From contig NC_068981.1 of the NCBI RefSeq assembly GCF_001194135.2, forward strand, positions 136,519,281-136,583,280: a DNA stretch of 64,000 nucleotides. The letters run 5' to 3'. This stretch comes from Octopus bimaculoides. Its lineage: Eukaryota. The notes beneath the pieces were generated by a model that did not search any database, was not told where the DNA came from, and saw only the letters and a list, made by a program, of their open reading frames with translations. Positions within the stretch are counted from its first letter, which is position 1, and each line of letters opens with the position of its first letter. Shown here piece by piece: positions 38,791 to 52,049 of the stretch. The position numbers were made by a program, and so were the translations under genes.

Positions 38791-39946
38791 CTAAAGTATG
38801 TACAAACCAATCAAATAAGCATCTTACATGCTCACAAGGCTGAATAGAAATAACAGTCATATCTAACCTTAAATCACATACAAAAACAAAAAAAAACAAA
38901 AGACAATGGCCAGTTGTATGAAGTAATATTGCTCTACAATCATCATCATCATCTAATGTTTGTTTTCCATGCTGACATGAGTTTGATGATTCAATAGGAA
39001 CTGATGAACTAGAGCTGTACCAAGCTCCAATGTCTGATTTGGTATAGTTTCTATGGCTGGATGCCCTTTCTAACACCAACCATTTTTCAGTGTGAGCTGG
39101 ATCCTTTTTTTTATTTTTCATGGCACTGGCACTAGTGAGGTCACAAAATAACTTGCAAGGCAAGACCCCTTGACTGAGTGGGAGTGTAATATTGAGGGAG
39201 GTGAAAATATGATAAAAGGACAGGAACAGGTATCTTGTTGAAAAGGAGATACATGGCTTCACCCAAGGAACAGGCCCTTTGCTGAAGAAGAAATACATGG
39301 CTTCCCTTCCAGCGAGAGAGAGATGGTGAGAGTGTACCCTCAAGGTGACGAGAGAAAATAGGGTTTGAGCATCAGAAAGGGTGGGTAAGTAGGAAAGTTT
39401 GAGAGAGTGTCACAAAAGGATACAGATAAGGGATAGAGGTGGATGCAGTGAATGAGGGCCCACAAGAGTGAAGGTGCATGGTCAATGGTGTATATCAGTC
39501 TGCAGGAAAAAAAAAAGAAAGAGGAAAAAGAATAAAACTGCTGAGAGTGTTATGGTTGAAATACCTTTCATCACTTTGATCATGGGGTGCTCAATGAGGG
39601 GTTGACCTGGGGTTAAACAACAACAATAACAATAAGAGAAATATGAAGATGTGTGTATTATATAAGCCCAGGCAAGACAGATCAAATCTCTCTACAGTAA
39701 GTTTGAACATAAAAACTATGAGACAGATAATTGGATAATATGACACTTATTCCATTCTGCCATTTTAAATATACAACAACAGTAACAACTACTATATCCA
39801 ACAATATTAAGTTATGATGCTGAGGGTATCAATTTTTATGGTGATCACAGTGACGATGATAATGATGGTAATGGTGATGCTGTATAGAAGTTTTCTACAC
39901 ACAAATATCAATTAACAGTCTCACTACTTTCAATATTATTTCATAA

Positions 39947-39977
<31 letters not shown>

Positions 39978-40438
39978 NNNNNNNNNNNNNNNNNNNNNNN
40001 NNNNNNNNNNNNNNNNNNNNNNNNNNNNNNNNNNNNNNNNNNNNNNNNNNNNNNNNNNNNNNNNNNNNNNNNNNNNNNNNNNNNNNNNNNNNNNNNNNNN
40101 NNNNNNNNNNNNNNNNNNNNNNNNNNNNNNNNNNNNNNNNNNNNNNNNNNNNNNNNNNNNNNNNNNNNNNNNNNNNNNNNNNNNNNNNNNNNNNNNNNNN
40201 NNNNNNNNNNNNNNNNNNNNNNNNNNNNNNNNNNNNNNNNNNNNNNNNNNNNNNNNNNNNNNNNNNNNNNNNNNNNNNNNNNNNNNNNNNNNNNNNNNNN
40301 NNNNNNCTCTTGAGTAGTGGCTCAGACAGGATCAGATTTGAATAAATTATGTTATTCCAGTCTACCTAAGAGTATTGAGTTCTTTCTCTTAACTGAAAGT
40401 CACACCAGTGCAAACATCATAATTATCATAATTATCTC

Positions 40439-40484
<46 letters not shown>

Positions 40485-40975
40485 TTTAGGTGTTTTAGTT
40501 AAGGAGCTTTAGAACAGTCAGCTAAGAGGTAATGAGCCTATGTTTATGTGTTAAACATGTGTGAGTGTAAATGGTATGTATAAATGGGTTTGTGTATTAT
40601 ATGTATTATATTGTTACACACTTTGTGGAAGAAGCTAAATGTTGTCAGTTCTACTCCAAGGTAACAGAGTCAGTAAATCCAGAAGACAGCACAGAAACAG
40701 GTAGTTTAACAAACAATGTCAGCTGAGTGAGTACTTAAACCAAAGTCCTACCTGGCTGATAACACAAATACACACACACACACGCACACATGCACACACA
40801 CACATAAACAAACATTCATACACATTGCTGTGTATTAGCAAGAGTGCAAGGAGGAGGACTTTGCTAATGGTGCTATAAGTATGAAGTACAATACACACAT
40901 ACATATACACACTCATACACACACACACATATATCAATTAATGAATGACAAAAAGAACAGAAGTTACATAATCAC

Positions 40976-41065
40976 CTTCAGTAGCCTACAGCTGTTTCTA
41001 CTATCAGAAACAGTACACTCAGAGTTGAGTGCTTGTGCAACATCCGATAGCTTCCTCAGAGCCAT
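40976..41065 (-). CDS. Candidate first coding exon B (MALRKLSDVAQALNSECTVSDSRNSCRLLK)
   Basis: 30 codons ending AAG/GTgatt, a weak phase-0 donor. MALRKL recalls the N-termini of tamalin (MTLRRL) and CYTIP (MSLQRL). The frame is also open upstream through a (TA)n tract, so the start is uncertain. Confidence 0.4.
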
Positions 41066-41088
41066 TAAAGTGAAGTGATGAAGTGTGT

Positions 41089-41128
<40 letters not shown>

Positions 41129-41588
41129 AAATAGTAAATGAGTATATGCATATATACGTACAGGTATGTGCATACCGACATCCTCCTGTATGTATAGGTG
41201 CATATCTGGGTACAGGACATTGCAAACAAAACGTAGACAAGAAAACACACAAGCCACATAGAGAACATTCTCCATCAGCTACCCCCGTTTTAACAGAGAG
41301 AGAGAGAGAGAGAGAGGGNNNNNNNNNNNNNNNNNNNNNNNNNNNNNNNNNNNNNNNNNNNNNNNNNNNNNNNNNNNNNNNNNNNNNNNNNNNNNNNNNN
41401 NNNNNNNNNNNNNNNNNNNNNNNNNNNNNNNNNNNNNNNNNNNNNNNNNNNNNNNNNNNNNNNNNNNNNNNNNNNNNNNNNNNNNNNNNNNNNNNNNNNN
41501 NNNNNNNNNNNNNNNNNNNNNNNNNNNNNNNNNNNNNNNNNNNNNNNNNNNNNNNNNNNNNNNNNNNNNNNNNNNNNNNNNNNNNNNN

Positions 41589-41621
<33 letters not shown>

Positions 41622-42355
41622 GGGAGATAGAGAGAGTGAGTGAGAAATAAATGCCTGGTACTTATTCTATCAGTTTCTTTCACCGAGCTGCTTAGTTATG
41701 GGAATGTAAGCAGACCAACATCAACTGCCAGGCAGTAAGTGGGGACAACCACACACACACACACATACATACATACACAAATGCTTCCACACAGTTTCCA
41801 TCTACCAAATTCACTCATAAGATATTGGTTGCCCTGGGGTTATAGCAAAAGACACTTGCCCAAGGTGCCATACAGTGGGCTTGAACCTGAACCAATGTGG
41901 TTGCAAAACATGCTTCTCAACCACACAGTCATGCTTGCATTTTTATGTGAAATTATAATATTTAATATGCTCTCCATTTCATTCTAGACAGTAAGATATG
42001 ATTTGAAGAACATTTGGCTGTTATTTCCAGCAGGTCCAACGCCCATGTAGGAAATCATTACCTTGAATGAAAGTTTGGGAAGATGTCTTTGCTTTTCTCA
42101 AGGAAAATAGATTTGATTAGAAGCTGAATCCTTTGGTCTTAGCCCTTTTGTTACCATTATTCTATGGAAATACATGTTTCAATTATTTGACTGCAGCCAT
42201 ACTGGAGCACTACCTTGAGGGGTTTTAGTCGAACAAATCGACCCCGGGACTTTTTTTAAGCTTAGTACTTATTCTATCAGTCTCTTTTGCTGAACTGCTA
42301 AGTTACAGAGATGTAAACACACCAACATTGGTTATTAAGCAGTGATGGGGGATTG

Positions 42356-42743
42356 TTGTTGTTGTTGGCACTCCGTCGCTTACGACATCGAGGGTTCCAG
42401 TTGATCCGATCAATGGAACAGCCTGCTCGTGAAATTAACGTGCAAGTGGCTGAGCACTCCACAGACACGTGTACCCTTAACGTAGTTCTCGGTGATATTC
42501 AGCGTGAGACAGTGTGACAAGGCTGGCCCTTTGAATTACAGACACAACAGAAACAGGAAGTAAGAGTGAGAGAAAGTTGTGGTGGAAGAGTACAGCAGGA
42601 TTTGCCACCATCCCCTGCCGGAGCCTCGTGGAGCTTTAGGTGTTTCGCTCAATAAACACTCACAACGCCCGGTCTGGGAATCGAAACCGCGATCCTATGA
42701 CCGCGAGTCCGCTGCCCTAACCACTGGGCCATTGCGCCTCCAC
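42356..42743 (-). mobile_element. Young family-E tRNA-derived SINE with (CAA)n tail, inserted into a family-B SINE (42170-42900)
   Basis: A-box TGGCCCAGTGG (42721-42731) and B-box GGTTTCGATTCC (42677-42688). The host SINE resumes at 42745. Confidence 0.9.
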
Positions 42744-43791
42744 GATATAAAGACACACAAACACACATATACAACGGGTTTCTTTCAATTTCTCTCAACC
42801 ATATCTGCTCACGAGGCTTTGGTCAGCCTGAGGCTATTGTAGAAGACACTTGCCCAAGGTACCACACAATGAGACTGAACCCAGAGCCATGTGGTTAGAT
42901 TACTTTAAAACTGGAAGTTTGTGTTAACCCTTTACTATTCAGATCAGCCATATCCAGCCCAAATATTCTACCTGTCTTATGTTCAAACTGGCCAGATGTG
43001 GCCTCTCATACTAATCCTTCAATGTCATTCTAAAAATAAGCAATCACGTCACTGAAATCTCACATCTACAAGACAATGCATGATTAATTAAAGACATATA
43101 GATAAAGGAGCATTACTTTTCATAGAATAATATGAAAGTTAAAGGATCAAAGAACCAAGGACAGTCTCAGACTAGTTGGAAATCATAAGGGTCTCACAAA
43201 ATTATTTTAAAAAGTGAAAAGATGTGTTTTATTTCAATGCAATTTTTCTTTTTTAGACTTTCTAAGTTTTAAATAAAAATGATTGTCTTTAAAATAATAA
43301 AACAATGTTTATTTTGCTATTGTCTTTGGCTTTCTGTTCTTGATCAAATTACCATAATACAATGCTTCTAGATATCATATATTACATTTACATGAAACCA
43401 GATGATGTGAGCTAATTTAATTATTTATTCTAATCAAGTGACAACAGTTAAAATTTATGGAAGAAAAGAAAAAAAATGAAACTGATTTAGAAACGAAAAT
43501 TTTTAACCAACAGGCAGTTGCCATGAACATCAGAAAATGCAAACTCATCTGATTAGTAGAAAGTTTGGGAAAATGATGCTGTTCTATTGAATTTTGAAGA
43601 TTTTTGGTCAACCTTTGGGCCATGACAAAGATGGTTGATTTTGTAAATTATTCAGTTTTTGAAAAGGAGTTTTGAAGGTAAAAAAAAATTTGAAGGAGCC
43701 AATAAAAAAAAATAACTGTTTCTCATTTTAAATAATGAAAATCAGATGAGTCAGTACTTAAACCTAGCCCTAGTGGCTGATATTACAAAAG

Positions 43792-43837
<46 letters not shown>

Positions 43838-44470
43838 AACATATGTACAGCATACATATAAATACACATCTATATATGTTACAGGGTATTAGCAAGAGTG
43901 TAAGAAACCTGTGCATCATACTTAATGTAGATGCATTGTGAAAAGGAAATTTACTGCAGTATTTATCTTGCAGTATTCATCCAGAGATAATATCTTTTAC
44001 AGACGTGCTGTGTTCAAAAACACAATATATATCAGGGGCAGACAAAAAAATCACCCTAAAAATAGTTTGTGAGAATGGTAGATGTACAATTCGTCATCAT
44101 TGGGCATTGTCAGTGGCATGTACTCACAACCAATGACATACCATGATGAAATTTGTTTTCCCCAATATAAATAAATAGGGAATGAATATTCACTGCTGTT
44201 GCTAATAACCACTTATGAGGGATCACTTAATACAAATGAGTATACGAATTAATTAGTTTTTTTAAAGAAAAACGCTGACAGTAACTTCGAAATCTTGCCA
44301 TCTGTTGGCTTCATCAAAATGAGGAAACCAACATAAAATATATAACTTCAAGTTAACTGTCAACTTTTTCCTTGTAGAAAATGTGATGCTCTACTTTCAG
44401 TAATGTAGTGAGTGATCCTTCAGTTCATATTTGACCTCTGTTTAGGTATGACTAAAAAAAAAACACAATG

Positions 44471-44509
<39 letters not shown>

Positions 44510-46872
44510 GAGAGAGAAGGGGTGAAAGAGGGAAGGGAGAGAGATTGTTCTTTTGCTCATTTGATGTCCATTTTACTATGTTTGCATGGGTTTGCTGAAT
44601 TATGTTATTTGAGGCGTTGTCTTACAAAGGGATGCCCTTCCTGACACCAACCCATACCTATTTTTCAAGTAAGGGATCACTTATCCCACATGGCTTTGAA
44701 GACACAAAGTGCCCAGACAAGTTGTCAGCAGGAGAAACTAACACTGCCTGCTGCACTTACAAGTGACTGCAGATGTAAACAAACAGATACATAAGCATCT
44801 TCACATACATACATAAGTATGTATGTACATGTATACGTACATATGTATGTACACGCATGCATATCATCATCATATGTTGTTCATTTTTCTATGCTGGAAC
44901 AAGGTGGATGGTTTGACAGGAGCTGGGAAGCTGTAGAGCTGCATCAGGTTCTGATTGTTTTGGTATGCTTTCTATAGTTGAATGCCTGTCCATATTGCAG
45001 AGTGTACTGGGAACCTTTTACATGGGACCAGCACTGGTGTTTTATACATGGCACCAACACTGGTGCTTTATATGTGACACCAGCACAGATGCTTTATATG
45101 TAGCCCCAGAACAAGTGCTTTATTTATCTTTCTATCTCTATATATCTGTCTGTCTCTCTGTCTATTTGTCTGTTTGTTTATCTATCTGCTTCTGTCTACC
45201 AAATTCATTCACAGGGATTGGAATTACAGTAAGAGATACTTAGTCAGGGTTGTCACTCAGTGAGACTAAGCCTGAAACTACAGGGCTGGAAAGCAAACTT
45301 CTTTCTTCTTTGCTGCTCAGCTGATATTTCACAAATTAATGCTCAGTTTGCCACTTCTTAACAGAAACAGGAAGCTCTGTGTAGCAATTTGCAAGAGATC
45401 AGCTGTGACCAAGATGAAGCCCACTCTACATCATTGTATTTAGTACATGCAATGAGATTGAACCCCAAACCATGTGGTTGGGAAGTAATCTTCTTACCCA
45501 CACAAACGTACCTGTACCTACAAGTAGACATAAATTTTATATGCCAATTCCAAACGGTGTTAAAAATAAATACCATTGCCTAGTTTTCATTTACCTCTTC
45601 TAATATTAACCCTTTAGCATCTGCATTACTCTGTCAAATGTAATGTTCATTTATTCACACTGTTTAGAATTAATCATGTATTATCATGTAACTTCGAGAT
45701 TTCAATGATGTGACAGTTTATTTTTTGAATGACATTGTAGGGGAGGTGTGAAAGGCTGGATTTGGCCAGTTTGAACCTAGAACAAGTAGAATATTTTGGC
45801 TGAATATGGCTGGTTTAAATGCTAAAGAGTTAAGGAATGAATGCAAAATTAATTGAAAGGAAAAGAAAAATGTTTTAAATTCAACTCCTTTATGACAGTG
45901 TCTCAACTAATTTAGGAATCAATCAAGAATTTGGAAATATTTAGTTAAATAACTATCTTTGCTCATTATGAAGTTGATGTTTGGGATTAAACAAAAGCTG
46001 GAAATTCAAAAAAATTAGTTATGAATATTTTTCACTTCCTAATACCAATCACTCCAAGAGTGAAGCATAAAAAGCACCCATTACACTCTTGGAGTGGCTG
46101 GTGTTAAGAAGAGCATCCAGCTGTGGAAACCATGCCAAATCAGACTAGAACCTGGTGCAGCTGTCCAGTCAAACTGTCTAACCCATGCCAACATGGGAAG
46201 CAGACATTAAACAATGATGATGAGGATGATGAAACATTTTGTGTAATAAAACCAGATGTGGTCCTTAGTGGGTTATGCCATTAAAGGGCTAAATTGTGGA
46301 TGCAAATACAAATGGCATTTAAGAAACATGATGCTATAAGGGAGCATCCATATACTTACTCGACCCACAAGAAACAGCAGCAGAATTCCCACCAATTCAT
46401 ACCCTTCTGTCTTCAAAAAGAAATGACACTTCACTTAATCTTAATTATCATCATTTTAACATCCATTTTGCATGCTCATGTGAGTTGGATGGAGTTTATT
46501 GAGGCAGATTGGTCATGGCTGGATGCCCTCCCTATTTCCAAAGCTCATGTATTCCCAAGCAAGGTAATATTTCCCCATGGCCAGCAGATTACCAGAAATG
46601 ACATTACTTGTATGTGACATTCATTTACAACTGTAATTTTAATTTTAATGTAGAAAAATGCATGGCTGTATGGTTCAAGAAGTTTGGTTCTTAAGTACAT
46701 GGTTTCCAGTTCAATCTCATTGTGAGACACATTGGCCAAATATATTTTACTATATTCTTGGGCTGACCAATGACTTGTGAGTGAAATTTGAGAGGCAGAA
46801 ACTGTGAGGAAGTCCAGTGTGTGTGTGTGTGTGTGTGTGTGTGCATATATTTTTCCTGGTGTATATCAGTGA

Positions 46873-47320
46873 CTAGGTGCAGGAATAGCTGTGTGGTAAG
46901 TGGATTGCTTCCCAACCACATGATTCCGAGATCAGTCCCACTGTGTGGCACCTTGGGCAAGTGTGTTCCACAGTCGCCTCAGGCCAACCAAAGCCTTGCG
47001 AGTGGATTTGGTAGACAGAAACTGAAAGAAGCCTGTATATATATATATTTCTATGTATGTAAAATAATAGTTTAGAAAAAACCATTGGTTTCATATCTAG
47101 CATGAACTATATATTTGTGTGTGTGTCTGTTTGTCCCCCCACCATCGCTTGACAACTGATGTTGGTGTGTTTACGTACCAGTAACTTAGCAGTTCGGCAA
47201 AAGAAACCAATAGAATAAGTACTAGGCTTACAAAGAATAAGTCCTGGGGTCGATTTGTTCGACTAAAGGCGGTGCTCCAGCATGGCCACAGTCAAATGAC
47301 TGAAACAAGTAAAGAAATAA
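46873..47320 (+). mobile_element. Full family-B SINE
   Basis: Head, internal AT-rich tract and 3-prime module. Confidence 0.88.
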
Positions 47321-47878
47321 ATGAATAATGTTAATATTAGCGAGAAAAGCCAATGAACCACCACTTTCATATAAAAATACCTTGTGTAACGTTTGTTCCA
47401 CCCAAGTTCCACAAATACCTTTTTGTTACTCTTGCCATTTGAAGTACAGTGAACTAGTCACTGACCCTTCAGAAACCAATGACACAACCGTTGACCACAT
47501 TTAAAGAAAAAAATAATGAAAAAAAAAAACAAGTCCTTTCCCTGCAAACATTCTTCATTCAAACCTGGACTGATCCACCTCAAAATCTTCATCTAAAAAA
47601 TCCCCTTTTTAAACTGGAGAGACGAAATGTTTGTAAGGCTTATGTATCTAATTGCCAGAAAATGATTCAAGTTCAAATCCAGTTCAAATCTAAAATAAAA
47701 GTCTTTACTATATTTTTTCAATTAGTGTAGAGCACTTAAGTTTACATTGTATTAGTTGTGTTAATTTTGATAATAGTAACCAAGTCTATTTGAAATTTTG
47801 TATGCAGTAGACTGGAACCCAAACTGATTGGAGTTTCATCTATCTCTCACCTACCTATTGACAGGCTAAATTTAAAAA

Positions 47879-48063
47879 TTGCACCCACAATTTAGCCTTT
47901 AAAGGCACAATCCACCAGGGACAACATCTGGTTTTATGATACAAAATGTTAAATATTCATATTAAAATTTGAGAACTTTAATATGAATATTTAACATTTT
48001 GTATCATAAAACCAGATGTGGTCCCGGTGGATTGTGCCTTTAAAGGCTAAATTGTGGGTGCAA
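47879..48063. repeat. Near-perfect inverted repeat (88/86-nt arms, 11-nt loop)
   Basis: Manual alignment shows one substitution and two single-base indels. Confidence 0.92.
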
Positions 48064-48160
48064 ATGCAAAAGACTTTTAAGAAACATGTGGTGCAATAAA
48101 GGAGTGTCTCTATACTTGCTTGACCTGTGAAAAATACCAGCAAAATTTGATTGGCTAAAT

Positions 48161-48475
48161 CAGTGGTTCTGAAAGTGGGCGGTATTGCCCCCCTCCACTG
48201 ACAGTGGTGGAAAGTTCCAAGGGGGTGTTGAAGAAAAGTGGAGCAATAATAGAGTAGCGGTTCATATAAAAAGTGGGGCGATAATGGCGTAGCGATTCAT
48301 GTAAAAACAGCAAAATAATGGGTTCATTCGGTTAAATTTTATTTGTGAAATACAGTCACTTTGAATTTACTTCAGAAAGAGGTCTATGTTTGTGATGGTT
48401 AGTTGGGGTGGGGGCACTAGGAATGTGGCCTGAGTGTCAAGGGAGCAGCAGCCTGATAAAACTTGGGAACCACTG
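48161..48475. mobile_element. hAT-type MITE
   Basis: Ends CAGTGGTTCTGAAAGT and ACTTGGGAACCACTG, TSD GGCTAAAT/GGCTAAGT. A truncated relative starts at 19768. Confidence 0.8.
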
Positions 48476-48994
48476 GGCTAAGTAGAAAGATAAAATGAAT
48501 ATAAAGATGAAAGAGGCTTAAATATTGGTTTCAAATTTTGGCACAAGAAATGCAAATCTGGAGAAGGGACTAAGCTAATTACTTCGACACAGTGCTCAAC
48601 CGAAAGGAACAAAAGTTAAGTTGACTTTGGAAGAATATGAACTTGGAATGTAAAGGCGGATGAAAAGCTGCTAAGTATTTTGGCTGGCATGGTAATGATT
48701 CTGCCAGCTTGCCACTTTGAATATTAAATATATATAAAAAAAAATAAATAGAAAGAATTTGATAAACTAAAATAGGCTGGATTCTAACTAGTGGGAATTA
48801 CATCTATCTCTCACCTGCAAAATCTAAAAATTCTTACATAGCATATTTGCCAGCATATAAGACCTGTGTTTTTATATTTTTAAACTTATTAAAAATTGCT
48901 CCGTGTCTAATGTGGCCATATTATGGATTGAAGACCAAGTGTTCTAGGGAGCCAGTTAAACATAAGTCTCTTAGGTACAACAATTATTACTAAA

Positions 48995-49430
48995 AATCCT
49001 TTCTACTATAGGCATAAGGTCTGAAATTTGAGGGAGAGAGATAGTTGATTATATCAACCCCAGTAATCGAAAGGATGAAAGGTAAATCGACCTCAGCGGA
49101 ATTTGAACTCAGAATGTGAAGATGGATAAAATACCTATTTCTTTACTGCCTACAGGGGGCTAAACATAGAGGGGACAAACAAGGACAGACAAAGAGGGTA
49201 GGTTGATTACATCGACCCCAGTGCGTAACTGGTACTTATTTAATCGACCCCGAAAGGATGAAAGGCAAAGTCGACCTCGGCGGAATTTGAACTCAGAATG
49301 TAACAGCAGACGAAATACTGATAAGCATTTCGCCCGGCGTGCTAACGTTTCTGCCAGCTCGCCGCCTTGATGGATAAAATACCATTAAGCATTTCACCCA
49401 GCATGCTAATTATTCTGCCAGCTTGCCACT
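48995..49430 (-). mobile_element. Old family-A SINE interrupted by a young family-A SINE (49136-49368)
   Basis: TSD GATGGATAAAATACC at 49121-49135 and 49369-49383. Confidence 0.9.
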
Positions 49431-50101
49431 AATTGTTACTAATAATATAATATTGAAAATACACAAAATTATGACAGCCCTTTAGCACAAACTTATGGAA
49501 AATTACTTACAGTATGTCAGTAATAATGTGGAGTGGTCACATCATCATTATATTTTCTTCTCCACCTTTCATAACCCACACCTGATAGGTGTCTTATATT
49601 ATTTAATTACCTGAATGAAAAATTCTCCGAGAAAGACAAACAGGATGTTAACAAATTTCCATCTACCTAGTAGCTATTTGCAACGAATGGATGACAACAA
49701 ACTATAGCAGTGTCTCACCACCCTGATGGCTGACCATGATTATTATAAAACATCATGGCCAAAAAGTACTTTATCCCAGTATGTCTTAATATTGCACAGA
49801 ATAATACATTTTTCCCCTACAAAACCACTTTAAACTATCTTTTAATATCCATATGATGAAACATACTAAATTTGATTTTTCCACAAAATATCCTCATAAA
49901 ATGGGGGATGTGTCTTATGTGGGGCCACATATAATGATAAATATGATAATTTATGAATAATTGCTAGTAAAGGATACAAAGATTACTTTCCATTTTTTAA
50001 TTTTTTATATTTCAGTCAAATCTATACATCACAAAAATGGGATTAAAGTGAGAAATATGTTTTTTAAAAAATTGAATTGTATTTTGTTGTGAATTACTTA
50101 C

Positions 50102-50242
50102 ATTTTTCTTATTTTGCATAGCAAATAAATTATCTGCTGAGAATGACCGGGGATACCAGAGGTTTGGCAGTTTCTGCACTCCGGATAGCACAGTCTTATA
50201 TGCCATCAAGTTTGGCAGTTCTGTTTGAACAATATAAACCAT
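50102..50242 (-). CDS. Candidate first coding exon A of the GRASP-like gene (MVYIVQTELPNLMAYKTVLSGVQKLPNLWYPRSFSADNLFAMQNKKN)
   Basis: 47 codons in non-repetitive DNA. The ATG follows an in-frame stop and the exon ends at a perfect GTAAGT donor in phase 0. It is the only frame open to the donor. A possible acceptor lies at 50321 and a CCAAT box at 50546-50555. Confidence 0.6.
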
Positions 50243-50545
50243 TGTAAGATCCGGTTTGTGTCTTGATAAAAGATTTAATGCAAATGGAAAGAATTTGTAT
50301 TAAAAAAACAAAAAGATGCTCCTGCAGGTATGAAATGCAATGTCCAGTACTTGGAGTGAAATAACTGAATCCCAGGAAACTCTTGGCAAATGGTAAATGC
50401 AGAAAAGTTTGTCTCAAAATGGAATAAATCAACTTGCTGTGTGTATGAAGTGAAGTCTAATGTTTCTCACTGAACTTTTTGTCTGAGAGCAAAGAAATGT
50501 TCACAGCGTAGTTCCGACCCAAGTAGCGCTCAATATTATACATGT

Positions 50546-50555
50546 CTGATTGGCG
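50546..50555 (-). promoter_or_regulatory. CCAAT box (CGCCAATCAG) upstream of candidate exon A
   Basis: Good NF-Y consensus match in unique DNA about 300 nt upstream of the ATG at 50242. Confidence 0.3.
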
Positions 50556-52049
50556 TAATTTTGTGTAACTTGAGTAATCTAATGCTTAGTACAGACTTCA
50601 CTGCTTGAGATTAACTGATAGCTAAACACCCATTAATGCCGGTAAGCCAAGAAGCAAGTGAGTATTATTTACCCACGTGCCCAGATAGGCTTTGTATTAT
50701 CGGATTTGCTTGTGTATAAAATTAAGAGATTAACACTTATAAGGATTATATTGTACAATTTTTTTTTTTTAAATAAGAAAGAAAAGGTAGGGAGCATAAA
50801 GTTGATATCAATTTTAGTTTTTTTTTAATTGTTATTGTTATTTAACCCCAGGAGGTCAACCTTGAATGAACAAACCCATAACTAAAGTGTTGTAGCTATG
50901 ACTATAACATCAGTTTTCAGCTTTGGTATACTTAGGGTTAATATGTCCTCTTTTAAAGACAACAGGACTTACTTTTGAGGGAGATTTGGTTGTTATTTCT
51001 AGCAAGTTGAATGATATTGAATAATGCAGTTCTAGATTAAGTTTGAAATAAGGATGGGATCATTATGATTACCATGTTTTTAATCATAGGTCTTCTGGAT
51101 CAGGATAGGTTTGAGGCTAATTGAAACAGCTGCAATGTGGCAATGAGGGAGTTTCTATGTGGTTGCTTAATCTGCTAGAAATAGTAGCAAAATATCTTTC
51201 AAACTACACTCTTTAAAAACGAAAAGACGTTTTTTTCTTTCTTTTTATTCGTTTCAGTCATTAGACTATGGCCATGCTGGGGCATCACCTTAAAGAATTT
51301 TTTGTCAAATGACAATATTAACAAAAATCTTTTTAAAATGCCCCCCAAAACACCTGGTGGTCACAGGTTCAACAATCTCAATTATAGGCCTGTCGGATCA
51401 GGTTTGGCCTCAGCTTAAACAAAAATAACTCATCCACATGTAATAACTAATTTTTAATGGTTGAACTCAAAGTAAAGGGTAACGACCCCCTTCAGTCATG
51501 AATAACCATGGGATTCCACCTAGAAAGTTTCCCTCTGAGGCACAAGTCTGGGCAAGGTTGTTTATGGAAGACCAGCAGTCACCCATGCATACCAGCCTCC
51601 CCTCTCCACACCACTAATGTTATCCAAGGGAAAGGCAAAGGCTGATACAGCTTGGCACCAGTGATGTCACAGCTCATTTCTACAGCTGAGTGAACTGGAG
51701 CAACGTGAAATAAAGTGTCTTGCTCAAAAACACAACACACAGCCCAGTCTGGGAATCAAACTCACTACCTGATGCAGTAGATAGAAGTAGATAGAGCTAT
51801 AAATAATAGTATATAAATATTGGATTTTAAAAAAAATAACCCTTTGGATAGGAAGAATTCGAAGACTGCTTATATTTTAAAAATTCATCTACTGGTTTCA
51901 ATCATTAAACTGAGGCCATGCTGGAGCACAAGTATGAAAGGTTTTAGTCAACTCTAGTATTTATTTCAGCCTTGTACTCATTTGATTGATCTCTCTTGAC
52001 TGGTAAAGTTACTTTTTGACATAAAGGGATGCAACTAAACACAGTATTT

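Noticed and set aside
42660-42743. Possible tRNA gene
   Set aside because: The A and B boxes continue into a SINE body and (CAA)n tail, with no complete acceptor stem.
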